DNA of 64,000 nucleotides from Pseudomonadota bacterium (GTDB lineage Bacteria; Pseudomonadota; Gammaproteobacteria; UBA4575): NCBI GenBank assembly GCA_039182865.1, contig JBCDBX010000003.1, positions 1,343 to 65,342 of the forward strand, read 5' to 3'. Shown piece by piece: positions 58,280 to 64,000 of this stretch (position 1 is its first letter; each line of letters starts with the position of its first letter). The notes under the pieces were generated by a model. It saw only the letters and a program-made list of their open reading frames with translations, ran no database searches and was not told where the DNA came from. The position numbers and the translations under genes were made by a program.

Positions 58280-59128
58280 TTAATCATTAATGCTTTGAAT
58301 ATCGACAAGCATATCTTCCCAGTGTCGTTGATTATTCATATCAAACTGCGCGCCTTGTTCATCCGCCCATTTGAATCGTTTAAGTCCTGCAGTTTTACTG
58401 GTCGCTTGATACAACCAATAAGCTTCTGCTTTTAGCGCCTGATCAATAGGCAAATCAATCGATTCATAGACGGCTTGTTTGGTGGCATTAATTGATTCCG
58501 CTGGCCAAAGTGCAATACGCTGCGCCAAGGCTTCAACAAATGATCCAATTTCATCTGCATCCAAGGCTCTGTTAACAGTACCTACCCGTTCCGCTTCATC
58601 CGCATCCCAATCACGAGCACCTAACACGATTTCAAGCGCGCGACCTAACCCGACTTGGCGCGCCATACGCGAGGCACCGCCACCGCATGGAAGAATTCCC
58701 ATGCCCACTTCCATTTGCATAAAGCGTGCTTTACCGCGTGCAGCGAATCGCATGTCACATGCCAATGCAAATTCATGTCCGCCACCACGCGCAAAGCCTT
58801 CAATCTTTGCAATTGTCGCCTGTGGAACCTTGCTGATCCTTTCACACACGGCCTGCAAATCTAGTAATTTCACTTCTTCCCGCGAGACTGCTTCTCCCGA
58901 CATATCTTTTAAAAGTTCCGTGTCATAGTGACAAACCCAAACTTCAGGATTCGCAGATTGAAAAACAACAACCTTAGTTTCACGATCACGTTCTAGTCGC
59001 ATCGCCAAGCTATTTAAATCCGCCAGCATTTCCTGGCCTTGAACATTCACTGGGGGAAAGTCGAATGTCACCCATGCAATTGCATTGTTTACTTTAAAGT
59101 TAAAGGTGGTGAAGTTTTTATATTCCAT
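58280..59128 (-). CDS. enoyl-CoA hydratase/isomerase (crotonase) family protein
   Basis: Has the oxyanion-hole and active-site region IAKIEGFARGGGHEFALACDMRFA and …GILPCGGGASRMARQVG. The central part of the gene is much more GC-rich than its surroundings. Confidence 0.85.
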   Translation of the reverse strand: MEYKNFTTFNFKVNNAIAWVTFDFPPVNVQGQEMLADLNSLAMRLERDRETKVVVFQSANPEVWVCHYDTELLKDMSGEAVSREEVKLLDLQAVCERISKVPQATIAKIEGFARGGGHEFALACDMRFAARGKARFMQMEVGMGILPCGGGASRMARQVGLGRALEIVLGARDWDADEAERVGTVNRALDADEIGSFVEALAQRIALWPAESINATKQAVYESIDLPIDQALKAEAYWLYQATSKTAGLKRFKWADEQGAQFDMNNQRHWEDMLVDIQSIND

Positions 59129-59183
59129 AACATGTCTCCTTAAATTTTGATTACAGTATTCTTTGATATTTATATATTGATTT

Positions 59184-59474
59184 TTAAGCGATTTGAGTCA
59201 TTTCATTTAATGTAAATTCTTCAATTGCCGTTTCTGTCGCAGACATATAATCTTTTAAATGTTGGTTATTCATATGTGTCTGCCAAAGATCACGAGACTC
59301 CCAATTCTCGTAAAACAAAAAGTGTGCAGGATCATCATTATTTTGGTGTAAGTCATAGTTTAAACATCCCTTTTCGGCGCGGGTGATATCAATTAATTTT
59401 TCGAGTTCAGCTTTTACATAATCAATTTTGTCTTTTTTTGCTTTGATATTTGCAACGATGGTTAATTTTTTCAT
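59184..59474 (-). CDS. ABM-domain (antibiotic biosynthesis monooxygenase-like) protein
   Basis: 96 aa. The pattern …EKGCLNYDLHQ…FLFYENWESRDLWQTHMN..HLK is typical of the YgiN/ABM family. Confidence 0.7.
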   Translation of the reverse strand: MKKLTIVANIKAKKDKIDYVKAELEKLIDITRAEKGCLNYDLHQNNDDPAHFLFYENWESRDLWQTHMNNQHLKDYMSATETAIEEFTLNEMTQIA

Positions 59475-59491
59475 CTATTGATTTCCTATAT

Positions 59492-60520
59492 TTAAGTAAA
59501 TGTTTCCAAAACAATTTTTCCAATTGTTTTATGACTTTCTATTGACGTATGAGCTTTCTTCAGATTTTTAGCATTGATACAACCATGAGTTGACTTCAAA
59601 GTGGTCACAAGTTTGCCCGCATCAATCAATTCGGCTACTTTATTGAGTAATAGATGCTGCTCGATCATATCGAGAGTTTGAAACATCGAACGTGTAAACA
59701 TGAACTCCCAATGCAGAGAGATACTTTTCATTTTAAGTTTCATAATATCTAGCGATGTAGCAGGATCATCGATTAAAGCTAATTTTCCCTGAGGCGTGAT
59801 GCATTTAACTATTTCATCAAAATGTTGCTCTGTATGGGATAAACTAATTGCATGTGTAACATCAGTTACACCTATTCTTTTCAGCTCTTGGGATAATGAT
59901 TTGCGGTGATCAATCACATGGTTTGCACCACATTGCTTAACCCACTCTTGTGATTCTGGGCGAGAAGCAGTCCCAATAATTATTGCATTCGTTAAATTTG
60001 ATGCTAGTTGAGTCAGTATTGACCCAACCCCACCAGAAGCACCCACGATCATTAATCTCTGGTCATCCTGCTTAACAGAATTCAAAGATTGTGAGAATCC
60101 TAAGCGATCAAACAACAATTCCCATGCTGTAATCGTTGTGAGTGGCAAAGCTGCTGCTTGTACATCACTCAAAGATGCAGGCGCATGACCTACAATACGT
60201 TCATCAACCAGCTGATATTCCGCATTACATCCTGGGCGAGTTAAATCTCCCGCATACCAAACGCGATCTCCCTTACTAAATAACTCAACACCTTCTCCCA
60301 CATCAACAACTTCACCGACTGCATCCCAACCGATAACTTTATATTCATCATCACTAGAACCAACAGCAGCGCGTATTTTAGTATCTACCGGATTAACAGA
60401 TATTGCTTTAACTTTAACTAATAAGTCTTTGCCTGCAGCTTGAGGCACGGGCAGCTCTATATCTACCAATGAATCATCTTGTTCGATTGGTTGAGCTTTT
60501 TTGTAACCTACCGCTTTCAT
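59492..60520 (-). CDS. zinc-type alcohol dehydrogenase / quinone oxidoreductase family protein (MDR superfamily)
   Basis: MKAVGY…LLVKVKAISVNPVD.K.R…GWD..GEV..VG…F..GD.V.YAG, plus the Rossmann motif GASGGVGS. Confidence 0.85.
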   Translation of the reverse strand: MKAVGYKKAQPIEQDDSLVDIELPVPQAAGKDLLVKVKAISVNPVDTKIRAAVGSSDDEYKVIGWDAVGEVVDVGEGVELFSKGDRVWYAGDLTRPGCNAEYQLVDERIVGHAPASLSDVQAAALPLTTITAWELLFDRLGFSQSLNSVKQDDQRLMIVGASGGVGSILTQLASNLTNAIIIGTASRPESQEWVKQCGANHVIDHRKSLSQELKRIGVTDVTHAISLSHTEQHFDEIVKCITPQGKLALIDDPATSLDIMKLKMKSISLHWEFMFTRSMFQTLDMIEQHLLLNKVAELIDAGKLVTTLKSTHGCINAKNLKKAHTSIESHKTIGKIVLETFT

Positions 60521-60620
60521 GGCACATCTCCAATATATTGCAAATTGAAGACATTTTGACCTTATTATATTAGTATATAAACATAGTAATCATGTAATTA
60601 TATTCAAAATATTTTTGATA

Positions 60621-61514
60621 ATGAAATTAGACGATCTATCTCTGTTTGTAAGAATTGCCGATACCGGAAGCATCACAGAATCTGCTCTACAGCTTGAGAT
60701 GACAACCGCGACGGCAAGTGCTGCACTTAAACGCTTAGAAGATCAACTCGACACACAATTGTTTGTACGCTCGACACGACGACTGCGTATCACCACCGAA
60801 GGCGAGAGATTTTTACAGTATTGCAGGTTGGCATTGGAAACTATCGAGGATGGCATCTCAGCGATGAATACTTACCAAGGCAAAATTGCGGGTACTATTA
60901 GATTATCCATCTCATCCGATTTAGGACGCAATATTGTCATGCCGTGGTTAGATGAAATTGTGGATAAACATCCCAACCTCTCACTTAACATAAACATACA
61001 AGACAGTATTTCAGATTTCTATTCAGACAGTGTCGATGTTGCGATACGCTATGGCGAGCCCCGAGAATCTTCACTGGTAGCGTTTAAATTGGCAGATGCA
61101 GACACAATGATTTGTGCATCACCCAGTTACTTAAAAAAATTTAGTTCGCCGTCTAAACCAAATGAACTAGTGGGTCATAATTGTTTGTTTTACCAACTTG
61201 ATGAACGTGTCCATGATACCTGGACATTTCAACGTGGCAAAAACAAATACAAGGTACACGTCACAGGAAACCGCAAGTGTAATGATGGAGAACTTGTTAA
61301 GCGCTGGATTCTTGCTGGCAAAGGCATCGCACTAAAATCAAAAATAGACATGGCAAGTGAATTAAAGGCGGGAAAAGTTATTCAATTGCTTAAGGGCTAT
61401 AAAACACCACCTCTTGACCTCTGGATGATATGCCCAACTAGAAAGCAAGTCACTCCGGCTATATTATTACTACGTGATACCTTTCGAGAGAAATTTTCAC
61501 AAATACTGAATTAA
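60621..61514 (+). CDS. LysR-family transcriptional regulator, divergent from the oxidoreductase operon
   Basis: MKLDDLSLFVRIADTGSITESALQLEMTTATASAALKRLE is the LysR wHTH. The ORF track starts at TTG 60615. Confidence 0.9.
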   Translation: MKLDDLSLFVRIADTGSITESALQLEMTTATASAALKRLEDQLDTQLFVRSTRRLRITTEGERFLQYCRLALETIEDGISAMNTYQGKIAGTIRLSISSDLGRNIVMPWLDEIVDKHPNLSLNINIQDSISDFYSDSVDVAIRYGEPRESSLVAFKLADADTMICASPSYLKKFSSPSKPNELVGHNCLFYQLDERVHDTWTFQRGKNKYKVHVTGNRKCNDGELVKRWILAGKGIALKSKIDMASELKAGKVIQLLKGYKTPPLDLWMICPTRKQVTPAILLLRDTFREKFSQILN

Positions 61515-61586
61515 ATTCTATCAGCAAAAATAACAGCCCATTTTTTAAGTCACATCATATTGACTAAATAGTATTTTTTAATGCCT

Positions 61587-62927
61587 TTAATGAAAGGGTA
61601 ATTCATAATTTATGATAAAACGATTATCTTGAATCGTTTGACCTCCATCAAAATCGGCACGTGCATATCGGTATCTGAGCCAAAAGCCTTTTAATAATCC
61701 TGCTTGAGGTTTGTAATCAATCGTGAAGTCCTGCTCATTCAAATCTGGCAAACTATTACCAGTTTCTGTATCTATCGCATTCTTTCCCCATGCAAAATTT
61801 GAAAAGGTGCTCAAGCCAGTAAGTCCCCATGAGCTAAAATCATAAGATAACCCTGCGAGCGCTCCTGTCTCATTTGCCCGATCAAAATCCTCCAATATCA
61901 AACTTAGAAACCCAGGACTTCCGCCAAAGGGACTTCGAATCGCTGAGCCCTTCCCAGTATTGGTTGCGGCAAGTGTTAAAATTGCATTGCGGTAATCCGT
62001 TTCTACCTGAATCCCATAATGGTTGGTATTAAAGTTACCAATCAGTTCATCTCCGATACTATTTTGATGAGTAAATTGGGCCGATATTCTTGTTGACACT
62101 TCGTTTGTTATTGGTCCTGTATATGTGAATTTCGAATAAAAAATATTAAACACATCATGAGTATAATAATTGATTGCCCCTAGTGAAAAATTATTATCAA
62201 AATCATAATTTGCACCTGCCATTGTGGTTCCTTTACCACTGTTCGCCGCGCCCGCGGCTTCGGCCATACTTATGAAGCCTTCTGCATTACGACGTTTTAA
62301 TTGTGTTATTTGACCCGCCATATAATTAAGCTTTTTACCCGTTTTATGGTAGATATATCCTTCATGTGTTACCGGAATCATTCGCACATCATGTTTATTT
62401 ACATAAGGTAAATCAAAGGTTTGTCGATATAACCGCAGATAGGCATCATCAAGATCAATATCCAGGTACAACTTACCCAGGGTGTTGATATCGCTGCCAT
62501 TCTCGCGAAGCAACAACGTTGATTCACCATTATCATTTCGAAGACGTTGAGACGTAAAATAACTTGCACCAATACTAAAGACATCCGCAATTTGTCCCGA
62601 AATAAATTGAAGTTCGCCTCCATAGACAATTGCAGCATTATCTGGACTTTCTTTATTATTTCTATCCAAGCTAAAAAGCCTGAACCGGGGCGTAAGAGAA
62701 GATTCACTTAAGAATGCAGGCAAGTTGTCAATCCAATTACCCAGGAAGATTCGATCCTCTGGCTTTTGCTTAAGTCCATAAGAAAGACTGGTATCTAATA
62801 CATCTACTGACTTTGCAGTAGGATTTTCCCCATCCAGATACTCACTGGCCCAGACAAGATTTGAAGTGCATAAGACAAACAACACGAAAATGACAAAGTT
62901 TGAATATGTAATGTTGTTGGATTTCAA
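61587..62927 (-). CDS. OprD-family outer-membrane porin
   Basis: 446 aa with a signal peptide and a beta-strand-rich sequence ending in an aromatic terminal strand (…FIINYELPFH). The pattern is OprD-like (…LTPRFRLFSLDRNN…). Confidence 0.6.
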   Translation of the reverse strand: MKSNNITYSNFVIFVLFVLCTSNLVWASEYLDGENPTAKSVDVLDTSLSYGLKQKPEDRIFLGNWIDNLPAFLSESSLTPRFRLFSLDRNNKESPDNAAIVYGGELQFISGQIADVFSIGASYFTSQRLRNDNGESTLLLRENGSDINTLGKLYLDIDLDDAYLRLYRQTFDLPYVNKHDVRMIPVTHEGYIYHKTGKKLNYMAGQITQLKRRNAEGFISMAEAAGAANSGKGTTMAGANYDFDNNFSLGAINYYTHDVFNIFYSKFTYTGPITNEVSTRISAQFTHQNSIGDELIGNFNTNHYGIQVETDYRNAILTLAATNTGKGSAIRSPFGGSPGFLSLILEDFDRANETGALAGLSYDFSSWGLTGLSTFSNFAWGKNAIDTETGNSLPDLNEQDFTIDYKPQAGLLKGFWLRYRYARADFDGGQTIQDNRFIINYELPFH

Positions 62928-63057
62928 TGTCGGTATGTTCTTGTATATGTATTTATGACTTCTAACACCAGATTTATTCTGTCTATTAAATGTAAGCGCT
63001 TAAATAAGGCGCATGCTGTGGACTCTAAGCCCATTGCTATATGTACACATCAAATAC

Positions 63058-63086
63058 TTGTAAGTCACGCTTAGAAAGTTTAGATT
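63058..63086 (+). promoter_or_regulatory. sigma70-like promoter candidate for the mini-gene
   Basis: TTGTAA (63058-63063), a 17-nt spacer, then TAGATT (63081-63086). Confidence 0.35.
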
Positions 63087-63120
63087 ATATGTATCGTAAC
63101 GAATATTGAAGGAGGTGATC

Positions 63121-63165
63121 ATGTCTAAATCTGCTCTGACTATCCTTCCTTTCGCGCTCGACTAA
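63121..63165 (+). CDS. 14-codon mini-ORF (MSKSALTILPFALD) with an exceptionally strong Shine-Dalgarno sequence
   Basis: AAGGAGGTGATC lies directly before the ATG (63109-63120). It is a 12-nt perfect complement of the conserved 16S rRNA 3' tail. The ORF has its own promoter-like and terminator elements. Confidence 0.35.
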   Translation: MSKSALTILPFALD

Positions 63166-63196
63166 ATCAGCTGAGACGCAAAGGAATAGCAAAGCA

Positions 63197-63220
63197 AGAA
63201 GGGGGCAATAGCCCCCTTCT
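63197..63220 (+). terminator. rho-independent terminator of the mini-gene transcript
   Basis: 10-bp perfect GC-rich stem AGAAGGGGGC / GCCCCCTTCT with the loop AATA, followed by the pyrimidine/T-rich CTTTCTGT. Confidence 0.7.
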
Positions 63221-63254
63221 CTTTCTGTAAGATCTAAATATAAATAACTAGAGA

Positions 63255-63278
63255 TTCATTCGTAATTCAACGAATGAA
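63255..63278 (-). terminator. hairpin downstream of tRNA-Phe
   Basis: 8-bp inverted repeat TTCATTCG / CGAATGAA with an 8-nt loop. It lies 18 nt after the tRNA 3' end and is followed on the minus strand by T-rich sequence. Confidence 0.45.
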
Positions 63279-63296
63279 GTTAGGATAATCTGTTCT

Positions 63297-63372
63297 TGGT
63301 GGCCAGGGGCAGAATCGAACTGCCGACACGAGGATTTTCAGTCCACTGCTCTACCAACTGAGCTACCTGGCC
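63297..63372 (-). tRNA. tRNA-Phe (anticodon GAA), CCA encoded
   Basis: The minus-strand read is GGCCAGGTAGCTCAGTTGGTAGAGCAGTGGACTGAAAATCCTCGTGTCGGCAGTTCGATTCTGCCCCTGGCCACCA. It folds with a 7-bp acceptor stem (GGCCAGG/CCTGGCC), a D arm, the anticodon loop CTGAAAA and the T arm GGCAG-TTCGATT-CTGCC. Confidence 0.95.
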
Positions 63373-63397
63373 ATTGTCTACAACCAATAGTTTTGCG

Positions 63398-63444
63398 CTA
63401 CCGACTCGATTACTGAAAATCGAGATTTTCAGCCACTACATACC
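63398..63444 (-). pseudogene. decayed tRNA-Phe fragment (anticodon arm and flanks) immediately 5' of the intact tRNA
   Basis: The plus-strand sequence CTACCGACTCGAT…GATTTTCAGCCACTACATACC aligns with tRNA positions CTGCCGACACGAG-GATTTTCAGTCCACTGCTCTACC. The alignment is interrupted by a 13-nt insert (TACTGAAAATCGA) that is an inverted copy of the anticodon-loop sequence. No cloverleaf can be drawn. Confidence 0.4.
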
Positions 63445-63611
63445 TTGCTGCTTCGCAGCCCCGCTGCACTGACAATTAGATATGAGATATCACTAGATTC
63501 GCTTTGAAATCAGCTATTTAGCTAATTTCTTCGAAGAAAGGGCGACATTAAACCGACTTAATACGTTTTCGTCAACCGAAAACCGACCTGATGCGAATCA
63601 GACACTGATGA

Positions 63612-63881
63612 TTATTCAGGAGCTGTAAATTCCTTAGGCACTTCAGAGCCTTCGCCAAAAAAGAATTTTTCCATTTCTTCTTCGAGAAATTTGCGTGCTT
63701 TGGGATCGACCGGGGTTAAACGGTATTCATTGATCAACATGGTCTGGTGGTTAACCCATGACTCCCATGCTTGTTTTGATACATTTTCATAAATGCGTTT
63801 ACCTAGGTCTCCAGGATATGGCGCAAAGTCCAGTCCTTCGGCTTCGGTTCCAAGTTTTACACATTGCACCATTCTTGCCAT
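63612..63881 (-). CDS. yggX: Fe(II)-trafficking / oxidative-damage protection protein YggX
   Basis: [54 protein letters not shown] is highly typical of YggX. Confidence 0.95.
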   Translation of the reverse strand: MARMVQCVKLGTEAEGLDFAPYPGDLGKRIYENVSKQAWESWVNHQTMLINEYRLTPVDPKARKFLEEEMEKFFFGEGSEVPKEFTAPE

Positions 63882-63889
63882 GGTGTCTC

Positions 63890-64000
63890 CTATAAAGCTA
63901 ATTGTTTAATAAGTTGATTAACAGGTGCCGCCAGGCCCGCCTGTGATGTGCCATGTTTATACCAGACCCAATCATCAGCTTCCATCACCCAGTGTATAGG
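63890..64000 (-). CDS. mutY: A/G-specific adenine DNA glycosylase MutY, C-terminal fragment (5' part outside the window)
   Basis: The minus-strand frame is open from the window edge to TAG at 63892-63890 (…[34 protein letters not shown]). The call is supported by the conserved mutY-yggX gene order and a MutY-like C-terminus (NUDIX-like domain end). Confidence 0.65.
   Translation of the reverse strand, partial: PIHWVMEADDWVWYKHGTSQAGLAAPVNQLIKQLAL

Noticed and set aside
58479-58928. Three overlapping ORFs within the crotonase gene (58479-58928 +, 58645-58845 -, 58655-58864 +)
   Set aside because: They are artefacts of the local GC-rich patch, which has few stop codons. The crotonase frame has unmistakable family motifs and the others have none.
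63109-63123. Possibility that GATCACCTCCTT on the minus strand is the 3' end of a 16S rRNA gene or fragment
   Set aside because: The flanking minus-strand sequence bears no resemblance to the conserved 16S 3' domain (…GTAACCGTAGGGGAACCTGCGGTTG…). The match is confined to the anti-SD complement, so it is better read as an extended SD on the plus strand.
52000-63400. Possibility that the region next to tRNA-Phe is an integrated genomic island
   Set aside because: No integrase, transposase or phage/conjugation genes are present. There is no direct repeat of the tRNA 3' end. The only tRNA-like repeat is an internal fragment immediately 5' of the gene. The gene content is ordinary metabolism. Only the local GC patch in one gene is anomalous.
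1-64000. CRISPR arrays, rRNA operons, IS elements and REP-type dispersed repeats
   Set aside because: Reading through the window, I saw no regularly spaced direct repeats, no transposase- or integrase-like ORFs and no rRNA-like sequence. A computational repeat search would be needed to exclude short dispersed repeats.

Overview
This window looks like core chromosome from an AT-rich gammaproteobacterium (GC judged by eye, high 30s %). Gene order closely follows the Pseudomonas-type layout. Read left to right, it contains:
- metK (3' end), ahcY and rsmE.
- A Pil-Chp twitching-motility chemosensory operon on the minus strand (pilG-pilH-pilI-pilJ-chpA-chpC). It lacks the CheR/CheB-type genes, and its PilJ has no periplasmic domain.
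- gshB, a tonB3-like gene, algH, ruvX, pyrR, pyrB and pyrC', followed by an orphan PyrK-like flavoprotein.
- pilT, pilU and a second pilU paralog.
- yggS, proC and yggT.
- An HU-like gene, a TerB-like gene and hspQ.
- A small cluster of an unknown gene, a DUF2384 gene and a YkgJ-like gene.
- Phospholipid and envelope genes: cysQ, an LpxL-like acyltransferase and a three-domain MFS-PlsC-Aas fusion.
- A four-gene minus-strand operon of secreted DUF11/Ig-like repeat proteins. It ends in a 1984-aa protein whose C-terminal ~800 aa look like a very large outer-membrane beta-barrel. This is the most unusual element and my best candidate for an undescribed surface-structure assembly system.
- ybaN and djlA.
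- A Zur-headed zinc-uptake operon (zur, MerC-like gene, zrgABC, DUF3299 gene).
- A minimal K+ channel, cti, a HIT-family gene and cls.
- An SbtA/SbtB-like pair.
- A LysR-controlled six-gene oxidoreductase operon of unknown pathway, with a GC-rich patch in one gene.
- An OprD-like porin.
- A stand-alone 14-codon mini-gene with a 12-nt perfect anti-SD match.
- tRNA-Phe with an adjacent decayed tRNA-Phe fragment.
- yggX and the 3' end of mutY.

I saw no rRNA, CRISPR array, transposase, integrase or phage genes. All functional calls come from reading the translated ORFs for known family motifs. No database search was run.
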